DNA of 64,000 nucleotides, from positions 18,862,567-18,926,566 of the forward strand of contig CM120649.1 in NCBI GenBank assembly GCA_051362555.1. Reading direction: 5' to 3'. This stretch comes from Lingula anatina. Lineage: Eukaryota > Animalia > Brachiopoda. The position numbers and the translations under genes are program-made. Below the pieces are notes generated by a model. That model saw only the letters and a list, made by a program, of their open reading frames with translations. It ran no database searches and was not told the origin of the DNA. Of this stretch, positions 35,950-48,348 are shown in pieces (position 1 is the first letter of the stretch; every line of letters begins with the position of its first letter).

Positions 35950-38900
35950 CTACAATATTTTCATATGCGGCTTCGGAGATGCATTCATTTTTATAGAGTA
36001 GTTCGGCAAAGGGGGTGTTTTTGACCTGCCTTGTTGCCAGAAGATTGAGATGTTCCATGATAACCATTTTGAGGGTTAGGCAACATCCAAACCATACCAG
36101 CACGTGTTAAGCCTGGGTCACACTGCGCTTGCAACCTTTTAGCAACCTCTTTACAACCTAAGTCGCAAGGAGGTTGCCATAGGTTTTAAAGTGGTCGCAT
36201 AAGGTTGTTAACAGGTCGCATGCAATCGTTGACACATGAAGGCCATTTTTTGTGCACCGACAACCAGTGCGACTAAAGATGAAAATTATCGGTATCCTAA
36301 AGGTTGCCTATCGGTCTCTTCTTGGTTGTCAGTAGGTTGCTATAACCAGTAGCATACCAATTGTAACTGCACGGTCGATTGACGGTATTTAGTCGACTGG
36401 TCGCTTACAAGTTTTTTACCAGTCGCAAGTAGTCGGCAGCAGGTCGTTAGAAGATTGCAGTTGTAACTGCACGGTCGATTGACGGCCTTTAGTATCTTGG
36501 TCGCTAACAGGTTTTTTACCGATCGCAGGCGTTCGAAAATATGTCGCAGGAAGGTTGCAAGCGACTGCAATAAAATAAGCGTAGGATGGTGGTCTATCTG
36601 GGCAAGAACTTTTTTCATAATTTGTTATGTAAGCCTTCTGAATATCAAGGTCATATATTATAATATTTTAGAAAAAGAAAACATAAATTGCATTTGTTGG
36701 CAATATATATATATATATACCAATAACTGAGTTGCCAAGGCTTTCATGTACCAGGTATTTCACACTTACGAAACCAAAAAAAAAAAAAAAAAAGGTGATG
36801 ATAAAAGCAATGTACGTTTTTTTGACGCTACGTTTATTTATCTTTTAGCGAAAATCATAGGTAAAATGCCGAAAACCTCAATTACATATCGCTGTATGTT
36901 ATTTAAAATTTGCAAAGCCATATTATCAGAGTAAACAGTGAAACAAATACAACAATGCAGAGAAAACGGAAAGTAAAAGCAATTTAATCAGCAAGGTATA
37001 ACTGCTATTTAATATCATAATTTCAACATCAAAATTATCCACTAATAATTGAACAAATCGTAAAATGTGTCCAATAGACTTAAATAAAAATAGTTTCAAC
37101 ACAAACAATTTAACATCTTCCCAGTGCTTGGTATCCTCACTACAAGGATGAGAGTGTAAAAAGTACACGATGCGCATGACTTGTCACGATTTAATTACGT
37201 TGTATTGTAAGTGGCAAACGCCTAGGATAAAAAGACAAAGGGTAAACCACACATTCGGTTGCAAATCAGTTGCAAAGCAGTCGGCGACCTGTTAGCAACC
37301 GGTTGGATACCACAAGTAGGTTTTTCGGTCGCCAGGAGGTTAGCGGTGCTGCACCGAAAACCAGCGCAACCGGATATTAACCCAGCGTTCATTTGGAAAC
37401 CACTTTGCGAGTTGTTGCAACCGGTCGCCGACCTTTTTGCAACCGGTGACAGTTGCAAGTCGCAAAGACGTTTTTTGTTCAGTGTGACCGTAACTGCACA
37501 GGCCTTGCGACCTCAAAGAGACCAAGTATTTGAACAAGAAAATATTAAAGAGTATTATGAGATTAATAAGGATTAAAACGTTTGCAAGTTTATGTTTTTA
37601 TTGCAGCACTGGTTTCGTTAGGTAAGGGTGTAGTCTTTTCAAAAGTTCACAAAACATTGTTAATTCTATTTTTAGGAAGGAAAGGAAAACTTCCTGATTT
37701 TCAAGTCGAAGTTCTTTCATCAAATGTTTGTAATCGCCTTACAAGGGGCGTCTTGCAATCCACGGGTTCACCCAGTATTTTCGAGTTTTTTTACTCGTTT
37801 TACTTCTTAGGTAAACAAAGTCAATGATTATAGCAGTCCCTTCTTTTTGAAAAGAAGTCGTTTTACTACAACATTTTGTCTTTTGAGAGGTGAATTTATG
37901 GGAAAGCAGCTACTGTCACAAGTTGGCAACATATATGTTCTGAGCGACCTTGCTGCTACCAGTTGACAAGCGATTGCTACAGTCCTGCAACCGGTTTTCG
38001 GACACCGAGTGGTTGCAGACAGGTTGTTTATCGCTCGGCGAACAGTGTGCGACTGGTAACCTATAACTTGAAGATGGTCTATAAGAGGTTGCAGATACCA
38101 TACTGCAACCTTGTTGCAACCGATTTGCGACTGCTTGCCGATCAAAATTGGCCACAGCTTCTTAATTAGCTTGCAAAGTGATCGCAAGCGACCGCCAGAT
38201 TTTGTGGTTGCAAAAAGGTTGCAAAAAGGTCGCAAGCGCAGTGTGACCCGGCCTTTAGGTAAGGTCAAACGAGTGAAACAATTAACACTTGAGAGAAAAG
38301 AGAATGTTCACACGCCATCTTCGTAGGAAACACTTTATAGCATCTAGGAATTAGATTGCACCATTTCAAAAGAATATAGCAAACAGTACAATGATACTGT
38401 TCTCAGATGAAAACAGATTCAGCGTTGTCAGAAGTGATGGACCCTTTGGGATTTTGGAAAACAGCCGGTAAGAAATATGCTCCCAATTGTTCTGCCCCTG
38501 GTCGATAGGACGCACCCCAATTAAGTCATGCATGGGGTTGTATTGGTTACTTTTGTGTTGGCGAGCTGGAGGTGGTCAACGGGAACCTGTACACAAAGAT
38601 ATGCAGCCAAGTAATGGCAAGGGACTTCAGTAATTCTGTCGAGAATATTTTAGGGACAATGACCACCCATTTTTGGTTCAGCATGATAATGCTACTCCAC
38701 AAACAGCCAATGCAACAGTAGGTTGGTTTTATGCGAACCACAACTGAACCCCGATGTCCAGCTTAACCCCAAGATCAGAACCTCATTAAGAACGTGTGGA
38801 ATATCCTTGGAAATGGATAACTATGGGAAACAAATATGCTCATACTACATTTGCATCGTATGTGGAATACCATCACACGACAGACATTACAGAACTATAT

Positions 38901-39030
38901 CACTTTTTGCGTTGCATTAAGGATGGCTATTTTTAGTAGGAAAGAATATAACAGAAAAACGGAAATGTTAATCCATCCTTGGATGTCATCAAGATCGGTT
39001 GATGAACCTTGAAACCACATAACACTTAAG
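35950..39030 (+). mobile_element. Fossil Tc1/mariner transposase gene, split by a nested Harbinger-like element
   Basis: HTH-like LVARRLRCSMITILRV at ~36030-36080. After 38257 come ILFSDENRFSV, WGCIGYFCVGELEVVNGNL, FLVQHDNATPQTA and QDQNLIKNVWNIL, corresponding to the Tc1 FSDE, QxDNA and PDLNPIENxW motifs. It has stops and frameshifts, and the boundaries are approximate. Confidence 0.7.
36110..38254. mobile_element. 2.1-kb non-autonomous PIF/Harbinger-like element
   Basis: TIR agcctgggtcacactgcgcttgcaacc / ggtcgcaagcgcagtgtgacccggcct, with a TTA target duplication at 36107-36109 and 38255-38257. Many subterminal GTTGCA/TGCAAC motifs, and a further TIR-like end at ~37480. Confidence 0.85.
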
Positions 39031-39590
39031 AATTCCACAGTATCCTCCCACTATTAAAAGAAAAAAACGATATTTAAAATAATTTAATAAAAATATACGA
39101 CACATAAGGTCTATAGGTATAAGAATGTAAGCTAATGAAAAAAAACGGTTATATTTTGCATTAACCACTAATTTTCATTACTTTTAGCTTACGCTGCATT
39201 TTTGTGTGTCACTTAGATATTTGTGTAGTATTTACGTTTGGATTTGAATTTCTAATGGATTTTAGAATAACGCAGCAATAGATTATGATCAACGTTTCAA
39301 TTAGTATTCCGCCTCCTGATAGACCAAGCGCAGCTTCAGACGCCATGCCACTGAAGACGTTTTGATGGGTTTAACTGACCGAGTTGACAACAGGGTGCTT
39401 GATATATATATATATATATACATATAATACACATACGTATGGGAAATATCTGCGTTTTAATAACTATTTTTGCATATGTTTCGTTTTGTTTTGTAGCTCG
39501 TACTTTGGTAATTCAGAGAAAGACTGTTCGTACATGTGGCTGTTACAAACTGAAAAGGATCGCTTTTCGTTTCTTTACTTATACTAGTAA

Positions 39591-41895
39591 TGCCCCTATT
39601 TCACACAGATCACGAATCCCACGAATGGCCATGAATTGACAAATTTCACGATTCGTGTTTGAATCGTAATCAGTTCGTGAAGTTCTTAACAGATTCGTAT
39701 ATATTCGTAGTCATTTCTTGCACTTCTTGACCAACAGGAATGGGTGGCAAAAACTTTGATGCCCCTATTTCACACAGACCACGAATCCCACGAATCGCCA
39801 GGAATTGAAAATTTGGTTGAATCGTAATCAGTTCGTGAAGTTCTTAACAGATTCGTATATAATCACAACTATGTCTCTTTTTGCTGATGACTCAAAGATG
39901 CAAAGATTAATTAGTTCTTTGGCTGATTGTTTGGCCCTCCAGGAGGATCTTGAGAGGGTAGTAGGTGGTGTAATAGGTGGGGAATGAAATTGAATGCAAA
40001 AAAATGTATGCTGTTAAGTGTCACGCGGAAGGTCAATCCAACTGTATTTTATTATAACATCTTTGGACATGTATTGATAAAGGTACATGACGTAAGGGAT
40101 TTAGGAGTTACCGTTAGCAGTGAGTTGACTTTTAATTCACTTATAAATAACTTTGTTAAGAGTGCAAATCAGACATGGGCAACTATTAGGCGAGTGTTTG
40201 ACAGAAATAGGAACCCAAGGTTAATGCAGCCTCTTTTTGATTCGTTAGTACGTTCAAAGCTTGAGTTTAATTCTGTATCTTGGGATCACATTACAAAAGA
40301 AAATTTAATAAAACTAGAAAGAGTGCAGCGAACTGCCACAAGACATATTCTGGGTAACCAAATGAATTATAAAGACAGACTGGTTGCTTTAAACTTGCTG
40401 CCTTTAGCTTATAGAAGAGAAATTTTAGACGTTACCTTCCTGCATAGTTGTTTTATTGGCAGGGCTGACCTTGATCATACGAAGTATTTGTATTTTAGAG
40501 AAAGATGGGGAGATCGTTTTATCATCCACAGTGCCAACTTCTGTAGAACCGAAACGTTTTGCCGGTCTTTTTTCAATCGCGTTGTTCCCATCTGGAACGC
40601 CCTTCCCATTTGCACACGTTCAGGGGTTGGCAGATCAATGTTTAGACGATCCGTCAGAGAGCACAATAGTACTCTTCTGGTGGAGCGCTTTGACCCCGCG
40701 AACGTTTGCACTTGGGTGGGTCGTTGCAGATGTACACATTGTCGTTTTTAGATGTACACATTGTCGTTTTTAGTACTAAAGTAGAGTTTTTATTTTTTAT
40801 CATTTGTATATCATTGGGGGTGTCCATTCATGGGTCATTGACCCCTTAGGCAAACCCTTTTGTGTACAATCTTATTTTGCATTATTTTAAAGTGACGTCG
40901 TACTATTAGTTGTAAGTTGTTTTATTATGCTCTTTTAAAAATCTTGTATATAATCTTGTACCCAATAAAGTCATTCAAATCAAAAATAATCGTAGTAAGT
41001 TCTTGCAATTCTTGATCAATCGGGAATTCGTGGCAAAAATTTTGAGCTGTTCATAGTTTTGGCCACGAACTCCCGATTCCAAAAAATTGTAATGACTTTC
41101 TGGACAATATTCGTGCGATTCCAGCCGAATCCCACGAATATTCGTAACACTATCGTAAGTACCTGTATCGTAAGTGAATCGTGAGCGTGTCGAATAAGAC
41201 CAGAAAATTGGCAAAATCTCACGCAAAATCCTAAAAGTTGGCAAAATCCTAAATGTTGTCAATTCCTGGCGATTCGTGGGATTCGTGGTCTGTGTGAAAT
41301 AGGGGCCTAATGCCCCTATTTCACACAGACCACGAATCCCACGAATGGCCATGAATTGACAAATTTCACGATTCGTGGTTGAATCGTAATCACTTCGTGA
41401 AGTTCTTAACAGAATCGGATATATTCGTATTTAGTTCTTGCACTTCTTGACCAACAGGAATTGGGGGCAAAAACTTTGATGCCCCTATTTCACACAGACC
41501 ACGAATCCCACGAATCGCCAGGAATTGAAAATTTCAGGATTCGTGGTTAAATCGTAATCAGGTCGTGAAGTACTTAACAGATTCGTATATAATCGTAGTC
41601 AGTTCTTGCAATTTTTGATCAATCGGGAATTCGTGCCCAAAATTTTGAGCTGTTCAAAGTTCTGGCCACGAACTCCCGATTCCAAAAAGTCGTAGTGAAT
41701 TTCTGGACAATATTCGCGCGATTTCAGCCGAATCCCACGAATATTCGTAACACTATCGCACCTGTATCGTAACTGAATCGTGAGCGTGTCAAATTAGACC
41801 AGAAAATTGGCAAAATCTCACGAATCCTCACGAATCCTGAAATTTGTCAATTCCTGGCGATTCGTTGGATTCGTGGTCTGTGTGAAATAGGGGCC
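39591..41895. mobile_element. Head-to-tail dimer of a PIF/Harbinger-like MITE (39591-41307 and 41311-41895)
   Basis: TIR (T/G)GCCCCTATTTCACACAGACCACGAATCCCACGAAT. The units are separated by one TAA, and each carries a duplicated left arm. The outer flanks are TAA (left) and TTA (right). Confidence 0.9.
39865..40985 (+). mobile_element. 5'-truncated CR1-clade LINE (RT C-terminal half) inserted in the MITE
   Basis: SLFADDSK RT motif, then a frameshift, then MKLNAKKC...RDLGV...SLVRSKLEF...LERVQRTATR...SFFNRVVPIWNALP. AATAAA at ~40964. ATAATC is duplicated on both sides, and the empty site is visible in the second MITE unit. Confidence 0.9.
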
Positions 41896-42137
41896 TTAGG
41901 TGCACTTTTACGCTGTAAGGTACACCAGTTGCTATATTACCAATTGTGCGGTTTTCAACACTGGAACTGGGGAATTTTGTAGTGGCCTCGTCTCCTCGTC
42001 CGTACTTTATGTCATACCCACTGTCAATATTGCCTTCACTCGCTTTCCAAAACAGTGACATTGCTTTCACAGAGGTGTTTTCTTTGGTAACTTGCCCAGG
42101 ATCACATGGCTCTGGAAGTAAAACACGTGAAAGACTA
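41896..42137 (-). CDS. FN3 exon 3 of the ANK-TIR-FN3 gene, truncated by the MITE
   Basis: Phase-1 acceptor (exon starts at 42137 or 42111). Reads PCDPGQVTKENTSVKAMSLFWKASEGNIDSGYDIKY...IGNIATGVPYSVKVHL, then runs directly into the MITE TIR. Confidence 0.65.
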
Positions 42138-42339
42138 CTGTGATTTCAATAAAATGTTTGGCTCATTGCTGTCGCTTTCAAGTGGAATGCATGTATAATT
42201 TTAGCGTAAAATTCATGAGTTATTCTTCAAATTGGGTAGACATTTCCAGTCCAATTTAACAGCTCATATGCTTCCAAAAATTCAACAAAGTTACTTCATT
42301 ATATATCATTTAAAATAAGGGATGTGATAAAGCACTTAC

Positions 42340-42729
42340 GTGTCACCTGTGTACTTTGTTGTGGTACGCTAGGATAACCATTAGCTATCGCAAAAATTCG
42401 GATTTCATACTTTGTGTCAGGGAGAAGATTTTCTATATTGCACTCGTTTTGCACAGTTTCAATCTTATCATATCTAGCATCCAATATTTGGAATTCATCG
42501 TGATCAATTTCTTCTTGAGTTTGTGCCGATCCTGGCTCACTACTGTGAATTTCATATTGACGTCGTATCTGCTGCATGCCTGCACTGTCTTGACTGTTAA
42601 TGTCTGCATCTCGAACAATTCTGTACATTATGGCATAACTGTGAACAGCACCTGGAGCTGGCATCCAGCGCAAGTATAAACTATTTGTACTTGCTACGCT
42701 ATGTACAATGGTACCAGGCATTGGTGGTG
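42340..42729 (-). CDS. FN3 exon 2 (with a long acidic loop insertion)
   Basis: Phase 1-1, GT-AG. Reads APPMPG...NSLYLRWMPAPGAVHSYAIMYR...IENLLPDTKYEIRIFA, carrying the FN3 W...Y...L.P.T.Y signature. Confidence 0.85.
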
Positions 42730-42927
42730 CTGTAAGAATGAAAGTTTGGTTACGTGGAATTATATTCCATTTTATACCTTAAGGTGAATTAATTGTCATT
42801 TATTTTAATCTCACTTCTTTAAGTAATTCAGTGTATTAGCCAAGATTCCATTTTATCATGAATATGAATAAGGTAAAAGGTCGTGATATTTACCAAATAA
42901 AACAGATGAGAAAACAACCCCAGATAC

Positions 42928-43215
42928 CTGTATAAGCCACGCACGTGACAGCTTCACTTTTTTGTCCATTGTGTAAAATAGTTGAAATACTGCAGTTGTA
43001 TGCAGTCCCGGACTCTAATCCATATATTTCGGCAGTTCGTCCGCTGCACTCGACACTCAATAGATTGTGATGAGCTTCCTGGGCATAGTATGTTATTTCA
43101 AAGTGATCAATATTTTGACGTATTTGCAAGTCCCACTCCAGTTTAACTGACGTAAGTTGTCTTTTCTTGTTCGCCTGTGACCATGTCTGTTTGAAATATG
43201 TGGGTGCTGATGAAT
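42928..43215 (-). CDS. FN3 exon 1
   Basis: Phase 1-1, GT-AG. Reads TSVKLEW...IDHFEITY...AEIYGLESGTAYNCSIST...KSEAV. Confidence 0.85.
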
Positions 43216-44182
43216 CTGAAATTAATGACCAGATCATGATATTCGAATTAATAAACAGTCCTAACATGAAATAGGTAGAGCATGGCTTTACCAAAAAAAA
43301 AAAAAAATAATAATAAATAATAATAATAATAATAAATAAATAAATCTATAAAGTAACGCACCGCGTGTAAAAAAGCTTTTGATTTTTTGCATAAACGTAT
43401 AGCAGTATTTTTCTGTGGGGGAACTGAGTAAAGCAGCGTGTCACGGCATTGGAATGGCGCAAAACAGCCTTGGGTGCATCAAACAGATGTACATTGTCAG
43501 ACAGATTGTTGATTCGCATGGAACATTCTGCACAGTCTTATATACGTACGTCCATATCATGATTTGAATATCTAGATTGGAAGTTTTTCATTAATTGTGG
43601 TGAGCTGGCCAGCCAATAGGAGCGGTCAAGTCAATCATTTCAAGCCTTATTACCGGCAGCATAAGCCTTTCTATAAATTGCTCTGAACGAGTTACCAATA
43701 ATTGTAACATTTAGGAACATTTAGTAAGTGGCCTTCAATATTTATGGTTTTAAACATAATAAACACTCGCAATTGTGTAACAGGTTTGAAACGTCTTGTT
43801 AATTTTGTAGCCATTTTTACTTCTATGGCAATCACTGTGGGAATTAATATTTGAGGGTGTGCATGTTCTTAGTTTATATAAATGGTACACAATGGACAAC
43901 TTCATCGGTGTTTAGGGTTTTCTTAACCCTAAATTAAATATGGTACATGGGAAATTATGATTTAAGTTTTGGGCGGAATTCACTCTGGTACCAATACCAC
44001 ATTACTAGTAATCGGTGGAAACTTGAACCACGTCATATACAGACTGTTCTGTAAACCATCTGCCTCTAATTTACAGGAGGACCCCTCAGGAACAATTTAA
44101 TTTTGTTAGGTTGCAATGCCAGTCAACAGAAAACACTAGCAATCACATAATAGTGGAAACAAGAGACTGATCAAATAGCATC

Positions 44183-44481
44183 CCAGCAGGCATAGTGACG
44201 TTGGATCAGCCTTGAAAACAGGTTGATACAGTGAATTGCCGTTGATCTACCTAAATTCAACATAAAATCAGCGTTGATCCAGCCACGTCAAAACACCGTC
44301 ATAATGTGATGTTGACTCAACGTCGTATTTTGGTCCTTGACTTAACGTTGTTGTTTGGTCGTCGTGATGCAAGACATGGATTGTAATTTAAAATATTAAT
44401 TATTGAAAACGTGATACTTTGTTTATCAATACTGTAACTAACTTTATCATGATATTAAAGTGCCATATGTTTATAAGGAAA

Positions 44482-44546
<65 letters not shown>

Positions 44547-44965
44547 ATATATATATTTTTTTTTTAATTTTCTTATATAAATATGTATATAAGGATATAT
44601 ATATATATATATATATAACTAAACCTTGGAAATCCTAACTTAAAGGGCATACATACATATAAATCCTACATATATTTAGCCATCAAACATGTCCCACTGC
44701 TAAACACATCCAGGCTAAAAGGGTGTACCATGCTTAGGAGCTAAAAGTGTTAAAAAATCAGACAAAGCACGCACTTGGATATTTTTACAGTGTACGTTAT
44801 AATTGTGTACCTGTGTTTTGTACCAAAAATAAAAACATTTCAGGTCATTTTAATGACATTTCATGCAAGAATGTTGTCTAACAACTGGGGTTGATACAAT
44901 GTTGTTATCTGACGTTGATCCAACTTTCAAATTCAACGTATATCCAACGTCTTATCAACGTTATG
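44183..44965. mobile_element. Non-autonomous DNA transposon lacking its right terminus
   Basis: Starts cccagcaggcatagtgacgttg, which matches the reverse complement of the terminus at 28137. It has an internal (TA)n, and 44620-44965 is shared with 27730-28090. Confidence 0.6.
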
Positions 44966-45274
44966 GTTATGGCTGTGACTACTTGCCATTCCTTTACAGA
45001 TAATAATTTGAAAAATACGGGTATAGAGGTCCAAATAGCACTGAATTGTTGTTTTATGACTAGGTATCAGGTATGTATTTTTGTTTACTTTAGGGGTCTT
45101 ACTGATCAATTTATATGGAACCTGATGCCACGATGACATTGAAAAGATTAATAAAGTTATAAAAACACAATTTAATTTTGTTTTCATTTATCAGTAAGAC
45201 AAATAGAAAAAAAGGGAATGAAAAAAATATAAGATGTTAATTCTCTATATAACAAGCATTGAAACCACAAATAC

Positions 45275-45675
45275 CTTTAATGATATGTAAAAGCTTTGAC
45301 ATCAACGCCTCATCATCAAATCGGATTTGTTTCATCCCTCTGAGTTCTGCAGGGATTTCCTCAGCTGACATATTCATTACAACTGGAATGAGGACATCCC
45401 TTTTCCACTCTTTGGCTTTTTGCATGACATACTGCAGCTGTAGTTGACACCACTGACTTTGGACAAAACTCTTGGACAAGAATACTACAGTATGTTTGGA
45501 TGCCGTGATCGCCTCACAGATCGAATGGATTGCATATGTTCCAGGAATGAAGTCTTTGGCGTACCAACGTTGAACTCCGTGTTCCTTAAGCTGGTGTAGA
45601 ACTGGTTCTATCGCGGTCTCATCTTCGTCACTGCACGCAATGAACACGTCGTAGCGGTGTAGATCCAAAGGCAAA
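45275..45675 (-). CDS. TIR domain exon
   Basis: Phase 2-1, GT-AG. Box-1 YDVFIACSDED, BB loop KDFIPG, then AITASKHTVVFLSKSFVQSQWC, LIPVV and IPAELR. Confidence 0.9.
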
Positions 45676-45902
45676 CTGTGAATACACGCATTTTGTGACT
45701 GAGAATGTTTATATACATCTACACACACATACCTACATGTACATGCAAACAAACACTGGCGCATCTGCGTATGCGAAACAAGGGTGCTAACGTTTTTGTT
45801 GCATTGAATATCATATGTATTTGTTTTCTTTAATTAAAATTTCGAATAAATTCCAGTTAACATTACTTTAAAAAGCAAAACTAACTTCCTTTTTTCACTC
45901 AC

Positions 45903-46044
45903 CTAGCATTCTTTTGATTACGGATGGTTGAACATGAGTATATGTTACTAGCAGTGACCAGGGTTTTCAAAAATTCTTGAAATTCATTGGGGGCCTTGTG
46001 TGAAATTTTTGTCACCACCTTTGCATAATAGTCCACTGCCGCCT
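45903..46044 (-). CDS. Linker exon preceding the TIR
   Basis: Phase 1-2, matching both neighbours. Reads AAVDYYAKVVTKISHKAPNEFQEFLKTLVTASNIYSCSTIRNQKNA. Confidence 0.7.
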
Positions 46045-47694
46045 CTGTAAGGGGAATGTTTAAAATATGTATCCCGGCGATCAAACTGTACAAAGGAAAA
46101 AGATAAGTCATAGGACAGTTTGCGATTCAGTAAAATAAGCAGTTGCCCCTGGGCAGATGCTGATCAAATTTTGGTCTTGGGTCAGTTGCCGATTATCCTT
46201 GGACAGATGACGATCAGCATATGTCCTAAGACATTAGCTATTTGTTCTAGGACAATAACTGTGCCATCAGTGTGTTTTCCTCAACAACTAAAGATATGAA
46301 ATGGTGATGGATTTTATAATGTCATCTTTTCTATTAAATTGATTTGTGTCATCTTTAATAAAAGAAACCATGGTCTGTCATTCATCTTAATTTGGGTACA
46401 GCAATAGCCAACATTAATATTTTTGTACTGCATACATCTGATGAGTATTTCAAAGAATGAAAATTGATATGTTTCAAATTCCTGTAATGACCAAATCAGC
46501 AAAATGCTTTTTTTCTCCATATTTACTAGATGTTTTACATTTTTATTCAACACCAAGACCTTTCTAAAGGAAAATTTATCTTGGAATTATCTTCAAACGC
46601 TTATGACCTTTATCTATTATCTTTAATGTATCTTATTAGGTCATTCCATATCAACTCATCCAGCGATGGTACCCTCCATCAAGAAACTTGCTGGTTTTCA
46701 CATTGTACTCTGACAGACTTGGTCACAATTGAATTACATGTTCAGGTGAAGATGAACAGCTAATTACCTCAGTCTTGACGATGATTTTTAGTCCCTATCG
46801 CCCCCTCCCTACAGGTTGGGTTTGAGAATGTCAACGGGTTAATCAAATGTCTGAATCTATCGTAAATGAAAACTTTCTGACTAGCAAGACTGAGATCCAA
46901 TGAAACTATTTTCACGATATTTCAGTTATGGTTTCAAAGTTAACACTCCAAAGTTGGGACCAACATTTCAGGAATCCAACTATCACATTGTAATTTATCT
47001 GACATATATAAAATGTATTAATTTTTACTTTGAAAAACCTTGTGATATTTTCAAATTGAAGGACACCCCGTTTTTGGTATCTTAATTTTCTCAACGACTT
47101 CAAATGGACATGCATTTGTTTTATTTCATTTAAAAGAGGGCGGGGCTTGAACTTAAAAATGAAAGTGTTAAAGCAATTTGTATTTTTGGCGACAAAAATT
47201 ATAATACATTATAAGAAAATGTGTGACATTTCTTTAAAAAATACATGCATAAGGCCTGCTGCAAATACGGCACCAAGGACTTGGTTTTTGAACATTTTTC
47301 TAGAAAGTATGTTACCTATGTTTTACCAAACCATAAGTGAACCACTACGACAAATATTGGAACACGATACAGAAATTATAAATTATATCTCAAACATAAC
47401 CTGTTCGTTATCAGTACATATCGCGGGTGTAGTACCATTTGGACTTCTTATGCACATGATAAATGGCACATACATGTACATTATGAAAATGCACGTAGGT
47501 GTAAATTTGAGACAGCCAAGTGTTTTTGGTCTACCTTTATACACATGTTATAAAAATTGATTACACTTACATTTTAATAGGTCTTTTATAAATGGTATAC
47601 AACGATGTATATGTTTGGTTAGTTGCTGTAACGATATGAAATGACTGATAACTCTGAAGTACATGTATCAGAAAAAAAATTGAGAATCACTTAC

Positions 47695-47911
47695 TTGAAA
47701 GTCGTGGAAGGTTTACAGCCTGTAGTTTGGTTCCAAAGTCTCTTATATTTGTACACTTGGTCTTGTTGGACCATTCTTTTAAGTCCTGTATTTTTTGTAA
47801 TTGGGAGACGAGGGAAAAGTCCGAGCTCATGTTGGTCGGTTTAATGGTGGTATATTCATCAGAAGCTAATATTTCAGCAAGGTGCTCAAAAGTCCTGCTT
47901 TGAATATATTC
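47695..47911 (-). CDS. Exon encoding a helical, weakly death-fold-like region
   Basis: Phase 0-1, open, with a ttttacag acceptor and gtaagt donor. Reads EYIQSRTFEHLAEILASDEYTTIKPTNMSSDFSLVSQLQKIQDLKEWSNKTKCTNIRDFGTKLQAVNLPRLS. The pattern LA..L...L.EW...L..V.L..L resembles death domains; the domain call is an inference. Confidence 0.65.
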
Positions 47912-48129
47912 CTGTAAAATGGCATCACACTAATAACTTTATAGAAAGCGGTACACATATATACATAATGCATATCATTAATTGGCACATGGTGTTTGTG
48001 TGGTAAAATGCATTGCTTAAGTGTTTATTGAAAAAAATTGATATATGATAATTGCCCAAAAATGTACACATGGCCTTTAAATGTCTGCATCTTGGGCTAC
48101 ATAGAGCATCCTTGAATCCCTGGATAAAA

Positions 48130-48348
48130 TAGAGCAAAGGGTAAGGCAAGGATGTGTCATTTCGCCCACCTTTTCAACCGGCCTCTACTCTGAATCCATA
48201 ATGACCAATGCTTACAAGGTGGAAAACGTGAAACAATTTATCTATCTTGGTGCAATATTCACTGACAAGTTCGATGACACTACAGAAATAAAATAATGAA
48301 TTGCAACCGTGGAGGGTGCCACAGTCTCTCTAACTAAGGTCTGGAGGG
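48130..48348 (+). mobile_element. Internally deleted RTE-clade LINE fragment
   Basis: Reads VRQGCVISPT..., LYSESIM and VENVKQFIYLGAIFT...EIK**IA...LTKVWR. Confidence 0.75.

Noticed and set aside
36340-38326. Cluster of overlapping 60-146 aa ORFs
   Set aside because: They lie inside the non-autonomous element and arise from its GTTGCA-type subterminal repeats. No transposase motifs.
43550-43682. Exon-like segment between TIR and FN3 on the - strand
   Set aside because: It has stops in all three frames, and TIR (phase 1) joins FN3 (phase 1) without it.
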